This document shows, in pieces, positions 1-11,964 of a stretch of DNA of 64,000 nucleotides. Under the pieces are notes generated by a model. It saw only the letters and a list, made by a program, of their open reading frames with translations. It searched no databases and was not told the DNA's origin. Both the position numbers and the translations under genes were made by a program. The stretch is from Octopus sinensis (taxonomy: Eukaryota), in contig NW_021832380.1 in assembly GCF_006345805.1 (NCBI RefSeq), positions 1 through 64,000 of the forward strand, read 5' to 3'. Every line of letters begins with the position of its first letter. Within the stretch, counting starts at the first letter, position 1.

Positions 1-178
1 TTTTGCAAGCTGCTTGTTTTATAACTTAATGTGAGATCAGAGTTACGCAACAACAGGACCAAAGAACGTTATGTTGACTAAAGTCGCGTTTGTGCAAGTT
101 CATAATTAAATCAACAACAATTGGAAACATAAGAAACCGAAAACTATTTGTTAAAAGTAAATGTTAATTAATGTCTAT

Positions 179-590
179 CTATATAAACCAGATCATCTTG
201 AATAAGAACAACTGCAAATGTGCCATATGGGTAAAGTCTGACAGTGAACTTTTGAGAAATCCGATTTCTTGTTGAGTTGTCAATTCAACAACTCGATATA
301 TGCAATTTAGAGAATTATTCAGCCTGGTAGTGTAGTGGTAATAGTTTCCACCATTTGCAAAACTAGTGAAAGCAAAAGCCAATTTGTCATTTTCAAGCTG
401 CTTAGCCCACACGCTCGTTGCTTTTTTCTAACATAGACAATTAAGGAGAAAACCTTTTCATATAAAATGGCAGATTTTCCCAGAGGATCGTTGTTAATAG
501 CCAAAATGCTTGGGTTTGTCAGTAATTCAATATCATTTTTGCTAAAAGAACTATCTGTGGAGTATTTTGACAATATCGAAAATTGAATCT
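179..590 (-). pseudogene. GH27 alpha-galactosidase/alpha-N-acetylgalactosaminidase, C-terminal half
   Basis: IELLTNPSILAINNDPLG and VWAKQL motifs typical of the GH27 C-terminus, with a ~26-nt GT-AG intron near 425-450. Separated from the N-terminal half at 2630-3348. Confidence 0.75.
563..588. repeat. 26-bp perfect inverted repeat, left arm (partner at 2345-2370)
   Basis: tattttgacaatatcgaaaattgaat is the exact reverse complement of 2345-2370. Confidence 0.95.
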
Positions 591-842
591 ACTCTCGATA
601 TGTGCAACTGGTCTCTGAAGAAGCAGGGCAGTTCTGCGGGTACAACATTGTCTCTTTCTGTTGTCCCAACACATATACACACAAGTAGAGGTCATTCTCG
701 CAGTTCAGACACAATTGCCTAATTGACTGACAAATGTGGCATTTTATATTCTAGTAATTAATCATATGAATTTGTGTGAAAATGTGTTTTAGTGCAATTA
801 ATAATAAACTTAATTATTTCACACGTCATTCTTGTGGGACTG

Positions 843-1898
843 ATGGAGGACAAGCAAGGATGGGATGACTTTTACGACCACCCTCTAGTTCTAACAGAAA
901 TAGACTACAGCAAACCCCTCCACCCATCCACACAAAGCCTGATAGAACTCAGTTTCGAAGGAACCCCGGAAGGTATGGCTAGTGGCTGACTGCACAGAAA
1001 TAGCCCAGAAATACAAGGAGGAGGGCAACCACCTGTTCTCGAAGGGGGAGTACGCCCTGGCCATTGCCAACTACGAAGAAGGGATAAAACAAAAGTCGAC
1101 GTTGTTATGCCAATTGCACACAAACAGTGCAATTGCCAACCACAAACTTGGTATGGGAATAATATTAATCAGGCCAACACAAAAAGGCAGTCATTCACTC
1201 GGAGGCGGCACTCTCCTTTGATGACCAGAACATCAAAGCGATGGCCATTTGTTAGTTTGTGGGCTCATTGCAGTGGCTCAGTCTTGTTCCTCTCTCAACA
1301 TGCCACAGCGGGCTGCCCAACTGTACAAGCAGGCACTCCTCATTTCCCCCCACAACCAAGAATTGCACAAATTGGCCAATTCACTCAATGCGCGGGAAAC
1401 ACAGCGGGCGAAAATAATGGCCGATCGACATGAAGTGGCCACTTGTATAAAAGTAGTGAGGAGTGTTGTGTGGTAGAGGAGGGGGATTCGGTTGGATGGC
1501 CATAATTCGAGCAGACTGTCCCTCCAGAGGATATATCAGCTGACTCAGCCCCTCCACATTCACCACGTCTACGTGAAGGAGGGGTGTCTCCACTGGGGAG
1601 TGGCCTTGACATACCCCGAAGAAGGCAAGACTGACTTTGTGTGTGACTTTAATGAGGAGAACAAGTATAGTGTGATGGGTAGTCTAGAATGGCCATGGCT
1701 ATCCAGCATGTCTCCAAGGGGGAGGTCTATTATCAGGATGGGACACGCTTGTGTGCTGTCGATCCACGACTCACACTCAGGACACTGCTCAGTCGAGGAC
1801 TGCCTGTGCTGGAGGGGGTGGTCGCCCTCACTGTCCTCGGGGGGTCACCCTTCTGTCTTCACTATAAGTCCATGTTCGAGATTGTTCACTTTGAATGA
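843..1898 (+). CDS. TTC4: TPR co-chaperone TTC4/Cns1 (multi-exon)
   Basis: N-terminal HPL..T..D..KPL.P, GTPEEIAQKYKEEGNHLF TPR start, C-terminal ...GGSPFC. A 25-nt intron at 973-997 restores the frame. Confidence 0.85.
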
Positions 1899-2344
1899 GT
1901 TATTGTTACATTGTGGGTGATCAGTCAGGAGAGACACATTCCTATAGGAGGCCTACTTAACACCTCACAAAACAAGTCCAGATAAAATTGATTTTTAATT
2001 ATTGCGTCAGTCGATTCTCTTCCTCTTGAGTTATCGTGGCAAACTATATCAATAGAAAACGTAATGAAAATCGAGTGAAGATAATGCGTTCTTTAAAAGT
2101 TCATTCTGGCTGTAAATTTTTGCTACAAAATTAAGATTTTTGACATGCCAGCAATGTTGTTTAATAAAATTTAGCCATCGTTGATTACTCTTTGAATCTT
2201 ATAAACTAGTTAAGTTAGTTTCATGTTGGCTGATTTTTATTCTTAGCATTTGAAAGACAATTTTTGTGAATATGAGTAGATTCATTTATAAGAAAGAGGT
2301 TAAAAATGATTTGTCTATTTCAAATATCCAGAGGGAACTAAGTC

Positions 2345-2370
2345 ATTCAATTTTCGATATTGTCAAAATA
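2345..2370. repeat. 26-bp inverted repeat, right arm
   Basis: attcaattttcgatattgtcaaaata, the reverse complement of 563-588. Confidence 0.95.
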
Positions 2371-2629
2371 TTCCCTTATTAATCATACTAAGCTAGAAAG
2401 TGAGTGACTTTCCCTCATAATTTATTAATAAGATACAAATTTAGGTTTGTCATTTAACTTGACAAGCATAACCCCTTAATTGGTATAGTGACTAAAATAT
2501 TAAGAACTCCAGCTTATATTTAATTCATATCGACTATTGAGGTTATTGTTCGATTAAAACTGATTAGTGGAGAGGAGAAAATCAAAATGTGTAATAAGCA
2601 AAGATACTGAACATGGATAAACAATCATG

Positions 2630-3348
2630 AAAGTTTAAAGAATGGACATTGATCATTTCCGAATATAATCCTCATCTTAAATATTTAATTCTTCATGTTT
2701 TATAAAAAAACAATTTCAAGCAATAAAAACAATGTACAAAGCTACAAAATATGGTTAAGGTAGAAACTCATCAACGGGTATCCTTCCCTAGTGAATCACT
2801 TCGGCAGTACCAGGCCACCGCATTTCCATAACAATCATCCATTTTTAGGTAATCCACGCCCCATTCTGCAAATGTGTAGGCATCTTTTTCAAGGTATAAA
2901 AGAGATCCCGGATACTTTTGGCAAGTAAAGAATCCCATATCGGCATATTTTAAATTTTAATCCCTTTTGATGAACCTTGAAATTTTATTTTTGTGTTAGA
3001 ACGTAGTTTGCCAGAGATTTGATTCCGTTAGGGAACCTATTTTTGTCGGCAACAAGGTTTCCTTTAGAGTCTCTCGTTTTTTGCATCCAGCAATCGTCAA
3101 TTATTATGTATTTGTAGCCAGCATCTCTTAGTTTAGTAGATACAAAGTAATCAGCCGTTTTTGTGATTAAATTGTCACTAAATTAAAATTAAGTAGTCAC
3201 TGACTTGAGACACCCGTCAGGATTTTCAGTGCAATTTGTGTTGGATTGAATATGTTGCCAACTGAGACAGCCCTTTGGGGGGACGAGTGCCAGACCATTA
3301 TCAAGGGCGTTTCCAAAAAAACAATTGAAATACGAAAAATAGACCCAT
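2630..3348 (-). pseudogene. GH27 alpha-galactosidase/NAGA, N-terminal half
   Basis: ALDNGLALVPPKG, DDCW...[41 protein letters not shown] frameshift near 2950 and substitutions at conserved residues; the NDPDML segment was not found. Confidence 0.85.
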
Positions 3349-3410
3349 TTAATATTCTAATTTTTTTTTATCTAATCCAAAAATCACCAACAGTTAATTA
3401 GGGTAATTAA

Positions 3411-4460
3411 TTAGGTGATTCCAACAATCCTCAAAATCTTTCTCAGCTTTTTTCGATGTTGGAATCTGGACCCAACGCAAGTGCGGGACGGACGGGAAGC
3501 AGTTTTTGTGAGGAATTGAATCGAGGTGATGTGCTTCTGGTTGTTAAGATCTTTTGGCAGGTGGTCCTGTTGGAAGGCTAAGAAGCCCTTTCCGTCTTTC
3601 TTAATAAGGTGGTCAAGCGGAGTTGGGATAATGTTGTTCAAATTAGAAATTTTCGTTATGCTAGCCGGGGCTCGGCATAGTGTAGTCTCAATTTTAAGGC
3701 GGTTAGACCATGAGAGATTGCATAGCCAATTGTTGGTTCGATGAATTGTTTGTAGAGAGTACCGAGAGCCGGGAACGGTGTCTTTAGTCCGCCGAAAATC
3801 GATTTGATTAGTCCAATCTTTCTCTGACTGGATCCGATGGCCTTCTCTAAATGGGCAGTAAAACACATGTGGGTGTCAAAAGTGACCCCAGAATTTTAGG
3901 GTTCTTCGTGAATGGGATCTTTTCGTTGTCCAGAAAAAGATCAACAGTACGGCTTCCAAGTCTCTTGTCCGACGTAAATAAGGTAGTGGACAATTTTTCT
4001 GGGAGATGTTCATCCTGTTTTGATATAGCCAAGTTCGAATTTGTAATAAGAGATCTTGTGTTCTTTTGGAAGCTTTGAGAGGTCTTGATCACGTGATCCA
4101 ATGAGTAGGTCGTTGGCGTAGGCGAGAATGATTGAGTCTTCCATTTCAGGGTTAGGAATGTCGGATAGGTATAAATTGAATAGAGCAGGAGAGAGGGGGA
4201 ACCTTGGGGAACTTCATTTGGAAGTAATCTTTAAATTGATTTGATTCCATTCAGGCATACACGCCCTCTTCTTCCGCTGAGGAAATTAGAAAGCCAAAGT
4301 TTTATGTTCGAGCCATGTTGGATGTATGTAAGGGGGAGAATAGGGGGTGATCAAATTGAGAACCAGTTTTTCAAGAATCTTTGCAATTGAACATAAAAGT
4401 GAGATGAGTCTATAGGAGGAGGGGATGTTCTTCGGTCGGCCCGGCTTGCGAATTGGGCGT
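3411..4460 (-). mobile_element. APE-RT type LINE (I/Ingi-like) RT and C-terminal fragment
   Basis: RT motifs (PALFNLYLSD, YANDLL), C-terminus KTASRPSRTCVGS...GIT* shared with the copy at 55.7 kb, multiple frameshifts. Confidence 0.8.
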
Positions 4461-5075
4461 ATAAAAGAATTTTTCCATATATTTAGTATTTAATTTTGGT
4501 TAACAGAATAATTGAAAATTTATCAGATATTAGAAATTTATCAGAAATTGGTAGAATTAAATATATTTAAAGAAATAATTAATTAAATTTAGGGGATAAA
4601 TGAGATGAGATCATTCCCCAAAATTTTCGGTGCAATTTTCAATAGTTTGAGAAGCAAGGATTTGTCGTGCGACACAAAGTCAATGTCATCAGAATGAATT
4701 ACGTCAGCAATTAAATTTTGGATTCGGTAGGGATAGTAATGACCCCTCATATAGCCTTTTTAGTTTGATCATAAATAGCAAAGGCGGGAGAGAGTCACTT
4801 TGAGGGGTTCCTACGTTTGTCGGAAAAGTCAGGACGATTTTTTCCCAAAGAGAACAGTGAGTTCTGTTTTTGTTAATAACATTTTTATAATTCTGATGTT
4901 ATTCTCGTCGAAGAGGCTCCGCCGGACTTTCATAAGCAGGTCTTAGAAGATGCAATCGAAAAATCTTGCCATATCAAGATTGTTGTGGCACTGTTGTATG
5001 TTTGGTAAGCTATGCATCCCATTGGGACCTCACATAACGATAGCGGTAGAAAGTCCTTTTCTGAATCCTCTGTCA

Positions 5076-5403
5076 AGAATGTTTTCATTAATCAAGAACG
5101 ACAGTTCGAAGTCAATTAGATCTCGTCGTGGTTCCAACTATAAACGATGCCAACTAGCACTCCGCTGATAATATTTGGATACATTAGCGGGTGGCTTCCG
5201 GGAAACCAAAGTCTTTGGGCTCCGGGGGGAGTATGATTGTAATGCTGAAACTTAAAGGAATTGACGGGAGGGCACCACCAGGAGTGGAACTTGCGGCTCA
5301 ATTTTATTCAACGCAGAAAAACTCACCCGGGCCGAACACAGTGAGGATTGACAGACTGATAACTTTTTCTTGATACTGTAAGGTAGTGGTGCATGGACGT
5401 TCA
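5076..5403 (+). rRNA. 18S rRNA pseudogene fragment (central region)
   Basis: Universal SSU motifs aaacttaaaggaattgacgg, ttcattaatcaagaacg and gtggtgcatgg, with a small deletion and substitutions; no operon context. Confidence 0.9.
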
Positions 5404-5540
5404 ATTTTGACACTTTTTGCATCAATTTTGACAATGCAACATTCAATTTTGACAATGCAATAAGCAATATTGACATTTTTTACATCGGTTTTGACATTGC
5501 GATATCCAATTTTGACATTTTTTAGATCAATTTTGACAAA
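5401..5540. repeat. 7 x 21-bp phased repeat (core caattttgaca)
   Basis: TTGACA starts at 5407, 5428, 5449, 5470, 5491, 5512 and 5533. Confidence 0.9.
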
Positions 5541-6199
5541 TATTTTTATAACGGACACACATAAGGACTTTTCTATGCGGCTAAATCAAGATGAGAGTTA
5601 ATAAAGACAATTTATTAATCAGGTCAGGTTAATGGAATTCCAATCGTACAATTCGCAATAATTTTTTCTACATTTCTGTAAAAATTCCGTATTTTCTCGC
5701 GAGTTAGATTTGTCATAGAATATTCTAGGGCATTTTTTAATAATAGTGCTCGAAATTCGGTCAGCGTTCCATTTCCTGCTGCATGAACATCGTTATGAGG
5801 ATTATTGTTATTGGATAAATATGTCTTTGTTGTTCGACTACTAAGAAGGAACAGTGTGAAAAACACTTGAAAATGACCAATAACAGGTCTGTAAGGAGAT
5901 CTCGCGTTTTTTAGTAAAAATAAAGAAGCATTTTTATATTTGAATATGAACGCTATTATTTTAAAAGTGATTTATTATGTTGCTTGCCACTAAGGTAAGT
6001 TTTTTTGACGTATTTGATCAAATTGAGTAAGATACTTGCGGTTTGATATATTACAATATGGGACTCAAATGGATCCGAACTTGACCCTGAATGCCATCGT
6101 ACGTGGTGCAGCCAAGAGAAACAATTAACCCCCAATAAATTTAATGGTATAAATTCCGTGAGTGATAGCCTTCCAAATTTCGGAACCTTCCGATCGTTT

Positions 6200-7060
6200 T
6201 TTAAATGTTTTGTAACTCTACACCGAGAGAATCACGTCCACGTGTTGGCAAGCAATAAAGAGAGATTATACTTGAATCGCAGGGACTGAGTAACATCGTA
6301 TACTTAAGTGAGCGAATTCTTACTAAGATGCCCTTGTAGAGTGGGTCGAGTGTATTTCAAAGGAAGGCTGAAAAAGCGCGTGGTACACACCTAGGGACCA
6401 TAAAAGGCTATGCGTCGGCTAATTATGGTCTAGGTGCTACCCAAGTTAATGTGAAGGAGTTGGTCAAACTTCAAAATGAGTCCCTAATTAAAAAGATCAA
6501 CTTAAAAGTCCTTCACAAGACTCTCTTTAGCAGCCTGGACAACCCGCACATTGACGTATCGTCGTCATCTACGTGGCTGAAATATGGGAATAACTCTCCC
6601 CGATCAGAAGGGTTGTTCTCATATTTGCAGGATAGAAACTTTTTAAATGGTCAACGGAAACAGTGTAATCACTGTAAGGCAATGACCGTTGACCATTTAG
6701 CCATGAAGTGCGGGAGTATGCTTTACCATGATTACACATGGAGGCATAACGAGGTGGTGAGGTCCCTCCATCTTTTGCTCTGCAATAAGTATGGCTTGAG
6801 GCGGTGTTGAGAACCCATCGAGTTCAATCGGTGTGTGAGAACTCGCGGGTGTGCATTAAAGTGGACACCCCCATACGCACCTCGATTGTTGTCCAGCACA
6901 ACAGACCCGATATTGTAGTCCACGATAAGGTCACCGGGGAGATTGTTATCACGTGCCTAGACCGTTTGCAGACAGTGGAAGTGGAGAAAAAGAGAAAGTA
7001 TGACCTCCTTGGAAACGAGCTAAGACTAATGCACCAGTGCAAAGTCATCCCGTGTGTGTT
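6200..7060 (+). mobile_element. RLE-type non-LTR retrotransposon 3' fragment (NeSL/R2-like, microsporidian style)
   Basis: WLKYGNNSPRSEG..YLQDRN, CCHC knuckle (CNHC..DHLA..C), RHNEVV, NRPDI, EKKRKYDLL. Confidence 0.85.
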
Positions 7061-7112
7061 TATTAATAAAAATTAATAAATAATTAATTATGTTTGAACT
7101 AATTGATATATT

Positions 7113-7727
7113 TTAAAAATGTACATTCATTTGCTTGATTGCCCATTCGACCAAAGTGTTGGTGTCTTTTTCTCCTTCGTATTTTATCGATTGCTTAAAT
7201 TTTTTGATCTTTGGAAAAAATATCAAAGTTGGAAACCTTTCAATCTGAATTTAAACTATTTATGTGATTTCAAACCTTAAATGCTCTCACAATTTTTCTA
7301 TTTAAATAATTAATTCGTGCGACTCGAACTTTTCCTGCCAACTTTAACGATACAGTTTCCCAGTATTCAGTGAACATCTTACAGTAAGGACACCAGTCTG
7401 CATAAAATTCGACAAACCAGTAATTTTTTCCATTTAATACTAATTTTGTAAAATTTGTTTCATCCAATTCAATGACTCCATTTTCAATTTTTCCATAATG
7501 GCTGCGTGAGGTTCTTAGTTCTATTTCATCAGAGAATTTAAATAACCTGAATTTTTACAAAGAAATCGAGATTCAAGGATTGGCTCAAGTTCGGATTTTC
7601 TAATAATATAATTGCATATAGAAAACTACTGGTCAAATAATTTGGTGTTCATTGATAATCTTGATTGATGCTGGAATTGAAAATTAGTTAAAACAGTTGA
7701 AATTAATATCCAGGTCAGAATGAGCAT
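7113..7727 (-). CDS. Secreted thioredoxin/PDI-like protein (WCPYC)
   Basis: Hydrophobic N-terminus MLILTWILISTVL, WFVEFYADWCPYC active site, FPTLIFF and YEGEKD C-terminus; short GT-AG introns of about 26-29 nt. Confidence 0.8.
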
Positions 7728-8256
7728 GTAAGATCGGAAATATAATTTAGTGTATAAATATTTTATTGTGTAAAGTGGATTAATTAAATAATAAAAAATT
7801 TAATTTTTTAATTTATTAAAGAGTAAAGGTTCAAAAATTTTGCCCTTCCATAAATCTGTTTTTAACAATTTTTTACATACTAAAATTGATATTATAAGAG
7901 GTAATTAACAAATAGTTATTGTGACCGGTTCATAATGAGATACGGTTGAATACGAGCCGTTAAAAAGATCGATAATTAATATACCGATTCAAAAGGCCAA
8001 TTACAAAAAATGCAAACGTTCCGAACTAATGATTGAACTTTAAATTTTTGAAAAAATGATGTTTTATATTTGAACCATGTTTGCTTTAAAATAGTAAAAT
8101 TATTTACAACATTAGCAAATTATAATGTGAATTATTTTTATTTTTGATATTAAAATTGCAACATTAGCAAATTACAAGTTTGTAACAACTTTAACTCTAA
8201 TCTTAACTTTAACTCTAACTATAATGATTTCAACGTTATTTATAAACATATTCATC

Positions 8257-8454
8257 TTCGGCCCGTCTACTCTCCGTTTCCTCTCGAAGATCGGAAGGTC
8301 ATTGGAAGGGCAAGGAACGACCCCGTGAACTGATGGCTTTTGAGCGCATCTCTCTCGCAGTTCTAAGGGGGAACTGTTCCTCGATCCTCCTCTCGGCTGC
8401 GGTTCCGCCTCTTAATAGTGATTTCTTTACCTTATAAACTGTCTCTTATTGGTG

Positions 8455-8484
<30 letters not shown>
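8257..8484 (+). mobile_element. 5'-truncated CRE-like retrotransposon with poly(A) and 13-bp TSD
   Basis: Encodes ...ERISLAVLRGNC; ~30-nt poly(A); AAACATATTCATC at 8244-8256 and 8485-8497. Confidence 0.9.
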
Positions 8485-8488
<4 letters not shown>

Positions 8489-8520
8489 ATATTCATCATA
8501 AAAAGCACTAAAGAAAACAG

Positions 8521-8610
8521 ACCCTAACCCTAATCCCTGACCCTGACGCTAACCCTGACGCTAACCTGACGCTAACCCTGACGCTAACCCTGACCCTAAC
8601 CCTGACCCTA
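8521..8610 (+). repeat. Variant telomere-like hexamers (CCCTAA/CCCTGA/CGCTAA)
   Basis: Direct reading of accctaaccctaatccctgaccctgacgctaacc... Confidence 0.85.
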
Positions 8611-8719
8611 ATATGATTTAACGGCATTCACGCCATTTAACGGCTCGTATAACGCCACTTTGACGGCTCGTTTAACGGCTCGTATTCAACCTGGACTCGT
8701 ATTCAACCGGTCACAGTTA

Positions 8720-11700
8720 TTAACTAACTAAATTCCCGGCATCGTAAATGGAAACACAGTTTCCACGTACTATGGCCAAGGAAATCCTTTCGAAAAGCCA
8801 CTTGGACTCGCGTGGGTCTCCCCGTTTATGGGAGATCATGCGGCCAAGCTTTTTTAGAAAGGAAAGAGACTTTTCGCCGATGACGCCGGAAGTCTCGACG
8901 GCGATGGGAGTGAACAGATACCGTTCAGAGAGCTCCTTGTACTTTCCAATCTTCATCTTCTCGGTTTTGCGAGAGACTGAGCCAGGCTCGACAGCTGAAG
9001 AAGGAAGGTTGAGCTCCGAGAAAGTGTCTGAACACGTCGCATCCCATAACAGAGACTTGCCGAACTCAAACGGGAAAGTCGATAGGCCGTCGGGTCTTTT
9101 TCCGTCTCCCCTCGCAAGCCCGACGGGTTCGAGGATTGATGGAATCCCAGCGGCCGTGAGCCCCCTCTGAATAACGTCGTTAAGTGCTGCATGGCGTGGT
9201 GCGCGCCCTGCACTGCGACGACAGGAAAGGGGATGTAGACCAAAACGGTCAATGACAGCACCACAACGACATTTGTGTATTTCGCAGATTTCCAATCCAA
9301 GACGCAATGATAAACCAATTCGTAGGCAATCTTTGTCTAATAGGTTACCGGTGGAAGGGACAGGGAGAGCATCCAGCCAGGCCCCACTCCCTGTGCAGCA
9401 GCCTGCGCGGAGACATGCAAGTCTGTGCTGATCGAAATTTTTGCGTAGATGTACGTCAAGAGCTTCACAAGAAATGGCATCCCATTGAGCTTGGATACAC
9501 GGGTCACTGGGTCTTTTGTTGTACAATGAATCCCACAGGTCCAAAGCGGCCACGTTATCAACTGACATTTTTCGTTCGGGTAGGTTTCTGAGAACAATGT
9601 CAGTGAGGACACGGGATGATGCCGTTGACGAAAGGAAAGCAGGAAGAGCGATAGACACGGGAGAACGGAGTCCAATCCCCCACCGCGGCTTACAGGCAGG
9701 GTGGATTGAATCCAACCAAGAGGGTCGAAACGTACGTTGCATAGCGACTCTGCTCCGGACTTCAGAATATTTTCAATAACGGAAAGGAGATTTTGTTCGT
9801 GAAAACACGGAGAGCTTCTTAATGTATATAGGAGCTTCGGAGTTGAAAAGTAATTACGGAGAAGAAAGAACCCGACATGAGCGTCGATGAGAGAGAGTCT
9901 TTGAATAATGCATGACAGAACAGCTGCCTTGTCAATAAGAGTTTGAGACAAAGCCTCGCGACCAATTGGGGAGCCAAGGATGAGGAGGTTTTTTTTTCGT
10001 GATCCGCACGCCTTTTAAAATATCTTCCAGAACGGCCATAGTTTCGACAAAAATTCCGTGTGGGATATTGAGATTTATAACTTCGGATTTGGCAGAGTTT
10101 ATCTCAAGACCAATAGATGAAAGGGCAGGGATAATTACGCGAAGGTCCTCTAGGACAGAGCATGGTGGTCCACATATTGTGGCGTCATCAAGATACCAGA
10201 TGTTTATAGGGGAAAGGACAGAGTGGGCGATAGAGTTGACGCAGATTGCAAACAACAGAGGACCAAGAGGATCTCCCTGTTGTACACCGGTCGAAGATAC
10301 GATAACGGAATCACAGAACAAGAGGAGACTTGGTTGAGAGTAAGATAGATGGACCAGACGATAAGCCGAGGGGGCAAGAGCATAGCAGGACTCCAACAGG
10401 AAATCTCTTCTGACTGAATTAAATGCGTTGGAGATGTCCAGTTTAACCAAAATAAATTCTTCTGGAGTCTCCATTAGTTCCCTTACAGCATGGGCGGCCG
10501 ACTCACAACCTCCGCTGATTCCAACTCCCAATTGCGCGGACAGGAATTTTTGGGCCAGCTCGGGGACTACTGCATGGCAGACAAGCTTTCCGGCCAATCT
10601 GCGAAAAATATTGCCGACGGCGATCGGTCTAACACCATTATCTTTCTTCCCCAGGGCGGTGAGATTAGCAGAAAAGAAAATCGTCCGTGCAAAGTCAGGT
10701 AAATCACCCCCGATAAGGCGGTTGCATAGATCCGTATAGAAGACAATAGTTGGCGACCAGCCTCAGCAGTTAGGGGAGAAATCAGATCTTTAATGTGTCC
10801 TGGTTTCAAACCATCGATGCCCCCACTGCTGCTTGGGGAGAAACTTTTGAGTGCCTTCACAACTTGTTCCGCAGAAACTAGTAGTTGTGGAAATGCAATC
10901 GAATCAATAGCAGGTGGTGTGCGGTAATTAACGGGATGCGGAGGGTGTTTAGACCTCAGATTAGACAAAACCGATGGAGAGGGAGATAACAGTCGGTTCG
11001 AAGAGGCAACAAGTCTGACCGCTCCACGGACATCACCATCCATTAATTTACTAGTTACCCTGCGGCGAAAGTAGTTGTTGTCGGGGGAAGTTTCACTGTC
11101 CACGGGAGAAGGGGCATCACTTTTGTGAGAGTCAGAACGGGAGGAGTCTGAGCGAAGAGAGTCAAACTGGGAAGAGAACAATGAATTACAATGATCGAAG
11201 AGGGTAAGTTGTTGCTTTATTATCGAGGCGGAAGAAAGTTTTTTAGAGTTGCTATTAGAGGGCGGGATCCCGATACCAAACAGCAAAACCGAAAAGGTGC
11301 AGCCAGTCACACTCGTCATTAGAGGACAGAGCGCGATTGATAGCTGTAGACAAGGAGAGAGCAGCTTGAAACCTGGCTGCCTTAGGAATCCGCGCAGGGA
11401 TATGGCGGATGGAACGGACACATTGGATACGTCTTAGAGCTTCCTCGGCTGACGGGGATGTTGTGATTGGAACTTTTTCGGGGAATTCTTGCGGGCAAAA
11501 GGACTGAACCGGCTGGCGAGTACGGCAGGAAGGACAGTTCCAAATTACAAGAGAAGCTGAGATGCGCCTGGAAAGATGTACACAGGAAAGGTGGAAGAAT
11601 CTGTCGCAACTAGAACAGACTCTCCCTTTCTTGCGGTTGTTACTAACTTCGCAAGTAGAGCATTGAACAGAAGTGGGTTGGAAACAGAAAGACATAGAAA

Positions 11701-11860
11701 GAGAGCAAGATAGAAACAATGAAAAAATGGATGACAAAGAGAAATGGAAAAAGAGAGAGATTATTAGATAGATGACAATTACAAAAATGGATTATAGAAT
11801 AAGAAATGAACAAATGAAAAGAAAGAAATGAACAACAACAACAACGTGCAACAACATACT
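8720..11860 (-). mobile_element. Near full-length CRE-like non-LTR retrotransposon: PHD - RT - zinc knuckle - RLE
   Basis: PHD (CSTC..CSSC..FHLSC..WNCPSC), RT (GVQQGDPLGPLLF, WYLDD), CRCG..HPLSC, RHAALND, RPDG, WDAT. About four frameshifts. The 5' motif gttgttgcacgttgtt is shared with 46.6 kb. Confidence 0.9.
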
Positions 11861-11964
11861 AAAATTATTATTTTTTTTTCTTTTGCGGCTTCATACTCAA
11901 CAAAACATCTGTTTTTTATTGCCGAGTTGAAAATAATTACTGTGAAGGAATACAGTGGTTTTAA

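Larger units (their letters stand above)
7921..8714. mobile_element. Non-autonomous TIR element (MITE) with internal telomere-like repeats
   Basis: TIR GTGACCGGTT/AACCGGTCAC with subterminal ggttgaatacgagccgtt motifs; flanking duplication AGTTATT at 7914-7920 and 8715-8721 (alternatively TG..CA ends with a 5-bp GTTAT). Confidence 0.8.

Noticed and set aside
555-750. Small minus-strand gene (faint RPB10/RPB9-like KRQCC.RR and C..C motifs) head-to-head with TTC4
   Set aside because: No consistent splice model could be built and the similarity is too weak to call.
563-2370. Pack-MULE-type transposon carrying TTC4
   Set aside because: No target-site duplication outside the inverted repeats, and the arm overlaps GH27-like sequence.
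8521-8610. Chromosome end or telomere-targeted (MoTeR-like) insertion
   Set aside because: The repeats are internal to a TIR/TSD-bounded MITE, and the CRE 3' end is separated from them by the MITE terminus.
8748-11609. Plus-strand ORFs overlapping the CRE element, and similar antisense ORFs over IARS1 and the LINEs
   Set aside because: They are antisense shadows of GC-richer coding sequence with no independent motifs.
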